Source: Rhodobacterales bacterium
GTDB lineage: Bacteria > Pseudomonadota > Alphaproteobacteria > Rhodobacterales > Rhodobacteraceae
Length of the DNA stretch: 61,104 nt
Direction: 5' to 3'
Assembly: GCA_026400325.1 (NCBI GenBank)
Contig: JAPLPF010000081.1
Span: 45,388-106,491 of the forward strand
A program made the translations under genes and the position numbers. Shown here piece by piece: positions 21,019 through 30,968 of this stretch. Under the pieces are notes generated by a model. That model saw nothing but the letters and a program-made list of their open reading frames with translations, was not told the DNA's origin and ran no database searches. Every line of letters starts with the position of its first letter. Position 1 is the stretch's first letter.

Positions 21019-22880
21019 CCGGCCAGCCGGTCTGTCCGGGGCTTGCGAAGTTGCGCTAGAATCAGCAGCAGAGCTGCCGGAGTGACGCCCTCGATTCGCG
21101 ATGCCTGAAGAAGCGTTTCTGGTCGATGCCGGGCCATCTTCTGCTTCAGCTCGTTCGACAGCCCCGGGATCTGTGCAAAATCCAGATCGGCCGGAATGCG
21201 CTGGTTTTCCTGCCGCTGCAGATCAGAAACTTCGCGCGCTTGACGATCGGCGTACTGGTCATAGGTCGATTCGATCTGCAGCTGCTGCAGCGTGCTGTCG
21301 TCAAGACCAACAAGGCCATCGCAAGCCGCGCGCAGCTTCGCCAGATCAGCCTCCGGGAACGCCAGAGCATCATAAAGGCTCCGCTTTCCGCCGTCCTGGC
21401 TGACAGCAAGACCGGCTGCCGCAAGGGCTTTGGGTCCAAGCAGAATTGACGTCAAACGCCCACGCCCCTGAACAAGGCTGTCAGCCTTCGCTTCAAAAGC
21501 GCGCTTCCGCTGTTCTCCAACACATCCGGCAGCGATTCCAGTTGGCGTTAGCCTGCTGTCGGCATTGTCCGCCCGGACAGTCAGGCGGAACTCGGCCCGG
21601 GAGGTGAACATGCGGTAAGGTTCCGTTACGCCACGCGTCGTCAGGTCGTCGATCATTACGCCTATGTAGCTCTCGGTTCTGCTGAAAGGGACTGCGTCAG
21701 CCCTACCAGATGATGCGGCCGCGTTGATCCCGGCGACCATTCCTTGTGCTGCGGCCTCTTCATACCCTGTCGTTCCGTTGATCTGTCCAGCAAAGAAAAG
21801 GCCGGGGACGGCTTTGGTCTCCAAAGTCCGGCTCAGGCCGCGCGGATCAAAGTAGTCGTACTCGATTGCATATCCCGGCTGCAGGATCGACACGCGTTCA
21901 AGCCCGGGAATTGACTGGACATAAGCGCGCTGAACGTCTTCCGGCAACGAGGTGGACAATCCGTTGGGATAGACGGTGTGATCGTCCAACCCCTCGGGTT
22001 CCAGAAAAACCTGATGCGAGCTCTTGTCCGCAAACCGGACGACCTTGTCCTCGATCGACGGGCAGTAGCGCGGACCGACACCGTCGATGTGACCGCCATA
22101 CATGGCCGAGCGAGAGAGGTTTTCCCGCACAATGTTGTGCGTCTCTTCGGTCGTATGCGTAATGCCACACGAGATCTGCCTTGCCTCCGGCCGCAGATTC
22201 AGGAACGAAAACATCACCGGATCCTCGTCGCCCGGTTGGGTTTCCAGACGGGCCCAGTCAATTGTGCGGCCGTCAAGCCGGGGTGGAGTTCCCGTCTTCA
22301 GCCGACCGACGGGCAGCGCCAGTTCGGCCAGTTGCGCTGCAAGCGTCCGTGATGGAACGTCGCCCATCCTGCCGCCCTGCATGCGTTTGTCGCCAATGTG
22401 AATCACGCCGTTGAGAAACGTTCCAGCCGTCAGGACGACCTGGGATGTCGTCAAACATTCTCCCGAAGCAAGAACAAGGCCGCCAATCGCGCCGCCATTC
22501 ATCACAAGGGACGTGACTTCGCCTTCAATGATTGCAAGGCCTGCCAAGCGAGACAGTTCCGCCTGCAGCGCCTCACGATACAAGCGCCGGTCGATTTGTG
22601 CGCGGGGTCCTTGCACAGCGGGGCCTTTGCGCCGATTCAAAAGACGAAACTGAATACCGGCGCGGTCGGCCATACGCCCCATCACACCGTCCAATGCGTC
22701 AATCTCGCGAACCAGATGGCCTTTGCCAAGGCCACCAATGGCTGGATTGCACGACATTGCGCCGATCGCTTCGGCACGCAACGTGACCAGTGCTGTGGAC
22801 GCACCCATGCGGGCAGACGCCGCCGCAGCCTCTGTCCCGGCATGTCCGCCGCCAATCACGATGACATCGTAGTGTTTCAC
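21015..22880 (-). CDS. mnmG: tRNA modification enzyme MnmG (GidA)
   Basis: [52 protein letters not shown]; start placed at GTG 22880, 8 nt after GAGGAG. Confidence 0.97.
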   Translation of the reverse strand: MKHYDVIVIGGGHAGTEAAAASARMGASTALVTLRAEAIGAMSCNPAIGGLGKGHLVREIDALDGVMGRMADRAGIQFRLLNRRKGPAVQGPRAQIDRRLYREALQAELSRLAGLAIIEGEVTSLVMNGGAIGGLVLASGECLTTSQVVLTAGTFLNGVIHIGDKRMQGGRMGDVPSRTLAAQLAELALPVGRLKTGTPPRLDGRTIDWARLETQPGDEDPVMFSFLNLRPEARQISCGITHTTEETHNIVRENLSRSAMYGGHIDGVGPRYCPSIEDKVVRFADKSSHQVFLEPEGLDDHTVYPNGLSTSLPEDVQRAYVQSIPGLERVSILQPGYAIEYDYFDPRGLSRTLETKAVPGLFFAGQINGTTGYEEAAAQGMVAGINAAASSGRADAVPFSRTESYIGVMIDDLTTRGVTEPYRMFTSRAEFRLTVRADNADSRLTPTGIAAGCVGEQRKRAFEAKADSLVQGRGRLTSILLGPKALAAAGLAVSQDGGKRSLYDALAFPEADLAKLRAACDGLVGLDDSTLQQLQIESTYDQYADRQAREVSDLQRQENQRIPADLDFAQIPGLSNELKQKMARHRPETLLQASRIEGVTPAALLLILAQLRKPRTDRLAG

Positions 22881-22888
22881 GTGGAACA
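22873..22888. promoter_or_regulatory. parS site overlapping the mnmG start codon
   Basis: TGTTTCACGTGGAACA (one mismatch to the palindrome). Confidence 0.9.
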
Positions 22889-22892
22889 CTCC

Positions 22893-24179
22893 TCACTTGC
22901 CGATACAGAAGCTTGCGAAAATCTCACCCAGCAGGTCGTCAACATCCACACGGCCGATCAGCGCATCCAGCGCCCGAACGGCTGCCCGAAGATGATCGGC
23001 CGCAAGCTCAACGCGCGAGTCACCCCTTACCACTTCTGCCCGCGCTTCGGCCAGAGCCGCAATGGCCCCCGTGACAGCCACACGGTGACGTTCGCGCACT
23101 AACGCACCGGCCGACCCGACACGATCTTGAAGCTTTCGGCCGACAAGGGCCATGAGCTCTTGCACGCCCGCGCCAGTAAGACCTGACACGGCAAGACCAT
23201 CTGCAATAGATATGGTGTCCGACTTGCCCCGAACTACAATATCTTCACCCCTTGGGGTCAATCCTGGTGGTAGGCCGCCATCAACCAGGAAAAGCCGAAG
23301 ATCGGCCCTTTCCGCACGGGACAAGGCGCGGTCGATACCGGCTTGTTCCAGCCGATCGTCCGTTTCGCGCAGGCCGGCCGTGTCAAGGAACGTCACCGGC
23401 AGGCCGCCGATGTCCATCCGCACTTCGATCACATCCCGCGTGGTGCCCGCGATTTCCGAAGTGATTGCGGCCTCGCGCCCGGCAAGCTGGTTGAGAAGCG
23501 TCGATTTCCCGACATTCGGCGCACCGACAATGGCAACTTCAAACCCGTCGCGGATGCGTTCTGCGGCTGCAACCCCCTCAGCCTCGCGCGCAAGATCAGC
23601 CATCAGCCCACCAATCAGCGCAAGCACTTCGGGTGAAACGTCCACCGGCACATCTTCGTCGGCAAAGTCGATGGTCGCTTCAAGAAGCGCGCCGGCGCGG
23701 ATCAGATCCCGCCTCCAGCTTTCGACCTTCTGCCCAACAGACCCCGACAGCACCCGGACCGCCTGCCGGCGCTGTGCGTCCGTCTCGGCGTCTATCAGGT
23801 CGGCAAGTCCTTCAACCTGGGCAAGGTCAAGAACCCCGTTCTCCAGCGCGCGGCGGGTGAACTCTCCAGGGTCTGCCAGCCGCAGGCCAGGCTGTGCAGC
23901 AAGGGCGCGCAAGATGGCCCCAACGACAGCCGGGCCACCGTGGACATGAAGTTCGACCACATCCTCGCCGGTGAAACTGGCACCCGCGACAAAGGTCAGG
24001 ACCAATGCCTCATCCAGCAGCTCGCCGTCCCAGATCAGCCGACGCAGGCCAGCCGTTCGAACCGTCGGGAGTCGACCAGCCAGCGCCCTGCCCGCAGCAT
24101 GGGCAAGCGGACCCGAGACCCGCAGCACGGCAAGTCCGGCACGGCCCCGCGCCGTAGCGGTGGCATAGATCGTGTCCAT
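22893..24179 (-). CDS. mnmE: tRNA modification GTPase MnmE (TrmE)
   Basis: [40 protein letters not shown]-terminal FCIGK. Confidence 0.97.
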   Translation of the reverse strand: MDTIYATATARGRAGLAVLRVSGPLAHAAGRALAGRLPTVRTAGLRRLIWDGELLDEALVLTFVAGASFTGEDVVELHVHGGPAVVGAILRALAAQPGLRLADPGEFTRRALENGVLDLAQVEGLADLIDAETDAQRRQAVRVLSGSVGQKVESWRRDLIRAGALLEATIDFADEDVPVDVSPEVLALIGGLMADLAREAEGVAAAERIRDGFEVAIVGAPNVGKSTLLNQLAGREAAITSEIAGTTRDVIEVRMDIGGLPVTFLDTAGLRETDDRLEQAGIDRALSRAERADLRLFLVDGGLPPGLTPRGEDIVVRGKSDTISIADGLAVSGLTGAGVQELMALVGRKLQDRVGSAGALVRERHRVAVTGAIAALAEARAEVVRGDSRVELAADHLRAAVRALDALIGRVDVDDLLGEIFASFCIGK

Positions 24180-24192
24180 CCACGCCCCAAGA

Positions 24193-25486
24193 TCAGCTGT
24201 TCATCGAATCGAAGAATTCGCTGTTCGACTTGGTCTGCTTCAGCTTTCCGATCAGGAACTCGATGGCGTCGGTCGTGCCCATCGGGTTCAGGATGCGGCG
24301 TAGAACATAGGTTTTCTGCAGGTCCATCTTGTCGACCAGAAGATCCTCTTTCCGGGTTCCGGACTTGAGGATGTCCATCGCCGGGAACACGCGCTTGTCG
24401 GCAACCTTGCGGTCCAGGACGATTTCGCTGTTACCTGTGCCCTTGAATTCTTCGAAGATCACTTCGTCCATCCGGCTGCCGGTGTCGATCAGCGCCGTCG
24501 CGATGATGGGCAGAGACCCGCCTTCCTCGATGTTCCGGGCAGCCCCGCAGACGCGTTTCGGGCGCTGCAGGGCGTTGCCATCCACACCGCCGCTCAGCAC
24601 CTTGCCCGAAGACGGCACCACCGTGCACCACCGTGTTGAAGGCCCGGCCCAGACGGGTGATGCTGTCCAAGAGGATCACCACATCCCGCTTGTGTTCGAC
24701 CAGCCGCTTGGCCTTTTCGATCACCATTTCCGCCACCGCCACGTGCCGCGTCGCCGGTTCGTCGAAGGTCGAGGCGACAACTTCGCCCTTCACCGTGCGT
24801 TGCATGTCGGTCACTTCCTCGGGGCGTTCGTCGATCAGAAGGACGATCAGATAGCACTCCGGGTGGTTCTGCGCGATGGAGTTGGCGATGTTTTGCAAAA
24901 GCACCGTCTTGCCGGTCCGCGGCGGGGCCACGATCAGCCCGCGCTGGCCTTTGCCGATCGGGGCCACGAGGTCGATGATCCGCGCCGAGCGGTCCTTGAT
25001 GGTCGGATCCTCAACCTCCATCTTCAGCCGCTCATCGGGATAAAGCGGCGTCAGGTTGTCGAAATGCACCTTGTGCCGCGCCTTTTCCGGGTCGTCAAAG
25101 TTTATCCGCGTGACCTTCGTCATGCTGAAATACTTCTCGCTCTCCTTCGGGGCCTGCATCAGCCCTTCGATCGTGTCGCCGGTCCGCAAGGAAAACTGCC
25201 GCAAGATATCGGGAGAGACGTAGATGTCATCCGGGCCGGGCAGATAGTTCGCGCTGGGCGAGCGCAGGAACCCAAACCCGTCCTGCAGCACTTCCAGCAC
25301 ACCGTCGCCGCCGATTTCCCAGCCTTCCTCGGCATGCTCTTTCAGCAGCGAGAACATCATCTCGCCCTTCCGCATCGAGGGGGCGTTCTCGATTTCCCAC
25401 TCCTCGGCCATGGCCAGAAGATCGGCGGGGGTCTTTGCCTTGAGGTCGGAAAGGTTCAGGCGCTCAACAGTGGTGGCAACAGTCAT
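24193..25486 (-). pseudogene. rho: Transcription termination factor Rho, frameshifted in this sequence (probably an assembly artefact)
   Basis: N-part ([38 protein letters not shown]) and C-part ([21 protein letters not shown]) lie in different frames, joined by a 10-bp tandem duplication at 24615-24634. Confidence 0.9.
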
Positions 25487-25620
25487 GGAATGTCCTTTGC
25501 GGATCGGCCCCGGCCGAATTTGGGGGCGGGGGCGGATCGTCGCGGTCTTGAAACGGGAAACGCAATGGGCCGGACGGCCCTGCATCGGCGGGGTTAAAGA
25601 CCAAAGCGGGAAAAGTCAAC

Positions 25621-25650
25621 CAGATCAGAACCGGGCAGATCAGAACCGGG
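25621..25650. repeat. Exact 15-bp tandem repeat CAGATCAGAACCGGG x2 at the hemJ stop codon
   Basis: 25621-25635 and 25636-25650 are identical. Confidence 0.9.
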
Positions 25651-26110
25651 TGATTACCGCAAAGACGATGACAACCATCAAGACGGTCGGAACTTCGTTC
25701 ATCATCCGGTAGGTGCGACCGCTGCGACTGTTCTTCCCGGCAGCAAACTCCTTGCGGCGGCGCGACAGCCAGTGGTGAAACCAGGTCATTGTCAGAACCG
25801 AACCGGCCTTCACCCATGGCCAGGGTTCGGACCAGTCGACGATGCCCGGCGTGAAGACCAGTGCCAAGCCGAATACCCAGGCCGCCAACATCGCCGGGTT
25901 CATGATTGCCCGCAGCAGGCGCCGCTCCATCGTCTGGAACATCGCGTCCGTGCGGCTTCCGGCCTGAACCTGTTCGGCATGGTAGACGTAAAGGCGGGGC
26001 AGGTAGAACAACCCGGCCATCCAGGCGATCACCGAAATCACATGCAACGATTTGGTCACAAGATACCAGTCGGCAAGAAATCCCGTGATCGTCGCAAGCA
26101 TGTGAGCCAT
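25640..26110 (-). CDS. hemJ: Protoporphyrinogen oxidase HemJ
   Basis: KSLHVISVIAWMAGLFYLPRLYVYH, MERRLLRAIMNPAM, RMMNEVPT. Confidence 0.95.
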   Translation of the reverse strand: MAHMLATITGFLADWYLVTKSLHVISVIAWMAGLFYLPRLYVYHAEQVQAGSRTDAMFQTMERRLLRAIMNPAMLAAWVFGLALVFTPGIVDWSEPWPWVKAGSVLTMTWFHHWLSRRRKEFAAGKNSRSGRTYRMMNEVPTVLMVVIVFAVITRF

Positions 26111-26512
26111 CCGATGTGTTCTTGCGCCTCTTCTATAAAGAAAAGACTAAAGATGGAATGTGGTAGATGTAGGGGCTGTGGATGACGGGACAGGGTAAGT
26201 CTTCCCCGGAACGGTCCACATGCCGCGCCTTGGGGATAGCTTGGGGACAGAAACGGGTCTGTCAGCGGGATGATAGCATTTCCCTGATAATTCAATAACC
26301 TAAGGAAAAATCCGCCAGAATCCTTCCACAGGTGATCGCAAGACCCCAATGGGAAGAATACTTTTCCCTGACCCCGTGACAAGGCCATGCACAGCGGGAT
26401 ATCTCTCGTGGATCGGGCGTGAAGCATCGGTTCTTTCCCAGGGATGCGCCGCTGCCGGACTTGCCCCCACGTCGCCACCCAGGAACAAACAGCGGATATC
26501 CACAGCGTTGCC
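26111..26512. other. Chromosomal replication origin oriC
   Basis: About 400-bp lower-GC intergenic region between divergent hemJ and maf, the conserved alphaproteobacterial origin context. DnaA-box-like 9-mers: 26177-26185 (TCATCCACA, minus strand), 26212-26220, 26231-26239, 26242-26250, 26322-26330, 26385-26393, 26496-26504 (ATATCCACA). AT-rich stretch at about 26130-26170. Confidence 0.85.
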
Positions 26513-27106
26513 ATGGCCATCGTTCTCGCCTCCTCCTCGCCGATCCGGCTTCATCTTTTGCAGGCGGCCGGGCTTTCCGTAGAAGCGGCGGCCCCTCGTG
26601 TCGACGAAGCGACTGCACGGAACGCCCTCATGGCCGACGGTGCCACACCTCGGGACATCGCCGATGCCCTGGCCGAGATGAAGGCGCGCAAGCTGGCAGA
26701 CAAGCGGCCCGGAGATCTTGTGCTTGGCTGTGACCAGGTGCTGGATCTGGACGGCGCGATCCTGTCAAAGCCCGAAAGCCCGGATGAGGCGCGCGACCAG
26801 CTGCGCCGGTTGCGGGGCCGTTCGCACCGCCTGTTCTCGGCCATCGTGGCCTATGAAAGCGGCCAGCCGGTCTGGCGTCACCTGGGCGACGCGCGGCTGA
26901 CCATGCACCAGGTATCGGATGCCTATCTGGACGACTATGTTGACCGGAACTGGGAAAGCATCCACCACTCGGTCGGCTGCTACAAGATCGAGGAAGAGGG
27001 CGTGCGGCTGTTTTCCGCCATCACGGGGGATCATTTCACCATTCTTGGCCTGCCGCTTCTGCCGCTCTTGGCATGGCTGGGAACCAGAGGCATGATCGCC
27101 CGATGA
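26513..27106 (+). CDS. maf: Maf family nucleotide pyrophosphatase
   Basis: IVLASSSPIR, VDE, LAEMKA, GCDQVL, SKP, ILGLPL. Confidence 0.92.
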   Translation: MAIVLASSSPIRLHLLQAAGLSVEAAAPRVDEATARNALMADGATPRDIADALAEMKARKLADKRPGDLVLGCDQVLDLDGAILSKPESPDEARDQLRRLRGRSHRLFSAIVAYESGQPVWRHLGDARLTMHQVSDAYLDDYVDRNWESIHHSVGCYKIEEEGVRLFSAITGDHFTILGLPLLPLLAWLGTRGMIAR

Positions 27107-27942
27107 CGGACCATCCCCGCATCCCGCTTGCCGGCGTCATCGGTCACCCGATTGCGCACAGCCGCAGTCCGGCGCTGCACGGCTATTGGCTGCACCGCTA
27201 TGGATTGCAGGGCCATTACATCCCGATCGACATCGCGCCGGGGGATCTGGCCGATCTGGTCTGCACCCTGCCACGGCTTGGTTTCGTTGGGGCCAACGTC
27301 ACGATCCCGCACAAGGAGGCGATTCTTGGCATCGCCGATCATGTGACGGACCGCGCCGCCCTGATCGGGGCCGCAAACACGCTGATCTTCCGCAAGGATG
27401 GCAAGATACACGCCGACAACACCGACGGTTCCGGCTTTATCGCAAACCTTCGCCAGGGCGCTCCAAAATGGGCTCCGGCTGCGGGGCCTGCTGTTGTGCT
27501 GGGGGCGGGAGGAGCCGCTCGGGCCGTGGTCGCGGCGTTGATCGAGGTGGGCGTGCCGGAAATCCGGGTGGCGAACCGGACGCGGGCAAGGGCCGACGCG
27601 TTGCGGTCGGACTTCGGGGCAAAGATTCATGTGCACGAGTGGGTACAGGCAGGAAGCCTGCTGGCTGATGCTGCGACCGTGGTCAACACCACCTCGCTGG
27701 GAATGACCGGCAAGGCTGACTTCCGGGTGTCGCTGGAGGAGTTGAGCCCGAAGGCGCTGGTCACCGATCTGGTCTACACCCCCCTCAGGACACAGTTTCT
27801 CATCGAGGCCGAAGCAAAGGGCTGCACGGTCGTAGATGGGTTGGGGATGCTTCTGCATCAGGCAGCTCCTGGGTTTGAACGCTGGTTCGGCGTCCGCCCC
27901 GAGGTGGATGACGCAACCCGTGCGGCCGTTATGTCGGCATGA
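27103..27942 (+). CDS. aroE: Shikimate dehydrogenase
   Basis: GHPIAHSRSP, NVTIPHKE, GAANT, DNTDG, GAGGAARA, GLGMLLHQA. Confidence 0.96.
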   Translation: MTDHPRIPLAGVIGHPIAHSRSPALHGYWLHRYGLQGHYIPIDIAPGDLADLVCTLPRLGFVGANVTIPHKEAILGIADHVTDRAALIGAANTLIFRKDGKIHADNTDGSGFIANLRQGAPKWAPAAGPAVVLGAGGAARAVVAALIEVGVPEIRVANRTRARADALRSDFGAKIHVHEWVQAGSLLADAATVVNTTSLGMTGKADFRVSLEELSPKALVTDLVYTPLRTQFLIEAEAKGCTVVDGLGMLLHQAAPGFERWFGVRPEVDDATRAAVMSA

Positions 27943-28538
27943 CCTTCGTTCTGGGTCTGACCGGGTCCATCGGCATGGGAAAGTCGACGACCGCCGCATT
28001 TTTCGCGGATGAGGGGGTGCCGGTCTGGGACGCTGATGCCGCTGTCCACCAGCTTTACGCCCCGGGTCAGCCCGCAGCACGTGCCATCGCTGACCTTTTC
28101 CCCGCCGCCATCGCAGCCGCGGGGGGTGTCGACCGCCCCAGGTTGCGCGAGATTCTTGTTGCCGACCCAAGCGCCCTGGACCGCTTGAATGCCGCCGTGC
28201 ATCCGTTGGTGGCTGACGCCCGGGCGCAATTTCTGGCCGCGCACCGCGACGAGGACATGGTCGTTCTGGACGTGCCGCTGCTTTTCGAGGCTGGCCTGAC
28301 TGGCGTCTGTGACGCGGTGGTCGTCGTCAGCGGGCCACCCGAAGTGCAGCGCGAACGCGTCCTGGCGCGGGGCATGTCCGAAGCCGATCTTGCGCTGATC
28401 CTGTCGCGCCAGATGCCCGATGCCGAAAAGCGCGCACGCGCCGACCATGTGATCCAGACGACGGATCTTGAATCCGCCCGCGCGGCGGTCAAGGAACTGA
28501 TCTTCAACATTCGCAAGGAGATCAAAAGACATGCGTGA
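27939..28538 (+). CDS. coaE: Dephospho-CoA kinase
   Basis: [35 protein letters not shown]. Confidence 0.96.
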   Translation: MTFVLGLTGSIGMGKSTTAAFFADEGVPVWDADAAVHQLYAPGQPAARAIADLFPAAIAAAGGVDRPRLREILVADPSALDRLNAAVHPLVADARAQFLAAHRDEDMVVLDVPLLFEAGLTGVCDAVVVVSGPPEVQRERVLARGMSEADLALILSRQMPDAEKRARADHVIQTTDLESARAAVKELIFNIRKEIKRHA

Positions 28539-29226
28539 GATCGTCCTTGATACGGAAACCACCGGCTTCGAGCCTGGCGAAGGCCACCGCATCGTCGAGA
28601 TCGGCGCCGTCGAGCTGATGAACCATCTTCCGACCGGACGGACCTGGCATCAGTACATCAATCCTGAACGCACCATGCCGAAAGAGGCGTTCGAGGTTCA
28701 CGGCCTTGGCGATGATTTCCTGCGCGACAAGCCGGTTTTTATCAGGATCGGTCGGGCCTTTCTTGACTTTATCGGTGACGCGCAACTGGTCATTCACAAC
28801 GCAGCCTTCGACATGAAGTTTCTGAACTTCGAGCTTGAGCGTGCCGGTCTGCCGACCCTGCCCTTCGTCCGCGCGACGGATACCCTCATGATCGCGCGGG
28901 CCAGGTTCCCCGGATCGCCCGCCTCACTTGACGCGCTCTGCCGCCGCTTTGGTGTCGACAATTCCATGCGCGAAAAGCACGGGGCGCTTCTGGACAGCGA
29001 AATCCTGGCCGAAGTCTATCTGGAGCTGATCGGCGGTCGGCAGCCAGACCTTGTGCTTGGCGGGGCCGGTCCGGCGCAATCCCGTGATGATCCCGGGGGG
29101 GTTGCCTGGCGACCTCGCCCGCGTGCGGCACCGCTACCGGCCCGCATCACCCCGGAAGAGGCCGCCGCACACGAATCCATGGTCGCAACGCTGGGCGCTG
29201 CGGCCATCTGGAAGAAACCGGCCTGA
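28531..29226 (+). CDS. dnaQ: DNA polymerase III epsilon subunit
   Basis: [23 protein letters not shown] (DEDDh). Confidence 0.97.
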   Translation: MREIVLDTETTGFEPGEGHRIVEIGAVELMNHLPTGRTWHQYINPERTMPKEAFEVHGLGDDFLRDKPVFIRIGRAFLDFIGDAQLVIHNAAFDMKFLNFELERAGLPTLPFVRATDTLMIARARFPGSPASLDALCRRFGVDNSMREKHGALLDSEILAEVYLELIGGRQPDLVLGGAGPAQSRDDPGGVAWRPRPRAAPLPARITPEEAAAHESMVATLGAAAIWKKPA

Positions 29227-29245
29227 TGATCAGGTTGGTCGTCGG

Positions 29246-29767
29246 TCAGTTCGGCTTTTCGGCCGCAGCTCCCTGCTGAGCCTGCGCCTGCACCCGCCGC
29301 GCGAGTTCCTGACGGTACAAAGCCACGAAATCAACGGTGTCGACATTCAAGGCCGGAAAGCCGCCATCGCGTGTCACATCCGAGATGATCCGGCGCACGA
29401 ATGGAAACAGCAGTCGGGGACACTCGATCAGAAGGAACGGATGCATCTGATCATCGGCGACGCCTTCGATCAGAAAAGTGCCGCCATACTCCAGCTCCAG
29501 AAGAAACAGCGGCTCATTGTTGACCTTGTTGCGCGAGGTCACCTTGTACTTGGTGATGACCTCGTACTGGTTCGCAACCGACCGCTTGCGCGCGTCAAGG
29601 CTGACGGCAACCTGGATGTCCGGCTGCACTTCCGCGCCGCTCAGGCCTTTTTGCACGACGACATTCTCGAACGACATGTCACGGATGTATTGCGCCAGCA
29701 CCTGCATCCGCATCGGCGCCGGTGCCGCAGCGACTGCGCCGTTTTCCGCCTGAACTTCTTCGGCCAT
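29246..29767 (-). CDS. secB: Protein-export chaperone SecB
   Basis: QYIRDMSFEN, ECPRLLFPFVR, DGGFPAL, VDFVALY. Confidence 0.96.
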   Translation of the reverse strand: MAEEVQAENGAVAAAPAPMRMQVLAQYIRDMSFENVVVQKGLSGAEVQPDIQVAVSLDARKRSVANQYEVITKYKVTSRNKVNNEPLFLLELEYGGTFLIEGVADDQMHPFLLIECPRLLFPFVRRIISDVTRDGGFPALNVDTVDFVALYRQELARRVQAQAQQGAAAEKPN

Positions 29768-29821
29768 CAAGGACCCTCCCAAAAAACCTTGGCGCGCTCC
29801 TATCAGGTCGCGTCCGTGCCC

Positions 29822-30220
29822 TCAATGGCGCGTCGAATCGGGCGGCAAGCTATCGGACATCTTGGATGCGGAGGTGTGGACCTCACGCCATTCGCCGTCG
29901 ATCGTGGTTGCAGCCGAGACGTTGCTTTCGGGGTTTCCAAGCCGCCATGCAACCAGTCGCAAGGCAATCCGACGCAGCGGCGGAACCAACAGCGCAAGGC
30001 CGACAGCATCGGTCAGAAACCCCGGAAGCACCAGGAGACCCCCGCCAATCGTCACAAGCAGCCGATGGGCGAGGGGCGATTGCACATCCTGCATCTCGAT
30101 CATGTTGGCGCTAAGGGAAATGGGGCCAAGCGACGCAATGCCCTACAGCACGATGATGCCAAGAAACGCCGAGGCGATGACCCAGGCCAGGGTCCACCAA
30201 AGGCCTATGACGCCACTGGT
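29822..30220 (-). pseudogene. fxsA: FxsA family membrane protein, 5'-truncated with an internal stop
   Basis: C-part has LLVLPGFLTDAVGL and TIDGEWRE. Upstream in the same frame reads GVIGLWWTLAWVIASAFLGIIVL*GIASLG (TAG at 30145-30143) with no start codon or first TM helix. Located between secB and tim44. Confidence 0.8.
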
Positions 30221-30299
30221 AGACTTCGCGAATACCGCACCCTACATAGAGGTCAAGACGGCGCAAGCCAAACAGAAACCAAATCCACCTGAGGTTGTC

Positions 30300-30959
30300 A
30301 TGAACGGGTCCCTGATCCAACTCCTTGTCCTTGCCGGGATCGCGATCTTTCTGGTCCTGAAGCTTAGGTCGGTTCTTGGCACCCGTGAGGGATTCGAGAA
30401 GCCGCCGATCCCGCTTGAGGATGTGCGACCCCGCGTGCGCCGTGATTTCGAGGTGATCGAGGGCGGCCCAGACCGCGACATCACCGATCACGCCGCCGAC
30501 GGCACCGATGCCGCCCGCGCCCTTGCCGCGATGAAGCAGGCCGAGCCGTCGTTTCAGGTCACGCCCTTTCTGGAAGGCGCGCGCGGCGCGTATGAAATGA
30601 TCCTGATTGCCTTCGAGAAGGGCGAACTTGACCGCATCCGCCCCTTCCTGTCCGACGATGTCGAAGCGAGCTTTGCCGAAGCCATCGCCGCCCGCGACCG
30701 GGACGGCCTGACCATCGAGGCCAGCTTTGTCGGCATGAAGGAATTGGCCTTGCAGGAAGCCACCTTCAACAAGGACAGCGGCTTTGCGGAAATCTCGGTC
30801 CGGTTTGTTGGCGAACAAACCTATGTCGTGCGCAACAAGGCCGGAGAGATCGTCGAGGGCAGCCCGCGGGAAATCAAGAAGTCGCGTGATATCTGGACCT
30901 TCGCGCGCAAGATGGGGTCGGACGATCCCAACTGGCAACTTGTTGCCACCGGCGACTGA
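30300..30959 (+). CDS. Tim44/TimA family adaptor protein
   Basis: LIQLLVLAGIAIFL, LRSVLGTR, FLEGARGAYEMI, DIWTFAR..DPNWQLVAT. Confidence 0.92.
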   Translation: MNGSLIQLLVLAGIAIFLVLKLRSVLGTREGFEKPPIPLEDVRPRVRRDFEVIEGGPDRDITDHAADGTDAARALAAMKQAEPSFQVTPFLEGARGAYEMILIAFEKGELDRIRPFLSDDVEASFAEAIAARDRDGLTIEASFVGMKELALQEATFNKDSGFAEISVRFVGEQTYVVRNKAGEIVEGSPREIKKSRDIWTFARKMGSDDPNWQLVATGD

Positions 30960-30968
30960 CCGTCCGGG

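Noticed and set aside
24193-25486. Programmed frameshift or split rho as a regulatory system
   Set aside because: No slippery heptamer or stimulatory structure; an exact duplication plus clustered substitutions fits a sequence error better.
26292-26733. Small ORFs predicted across the hemJ-maf intergenic region
   Set aside because: No recognisable motifs and atypical composition; the region is better explained as oriC.
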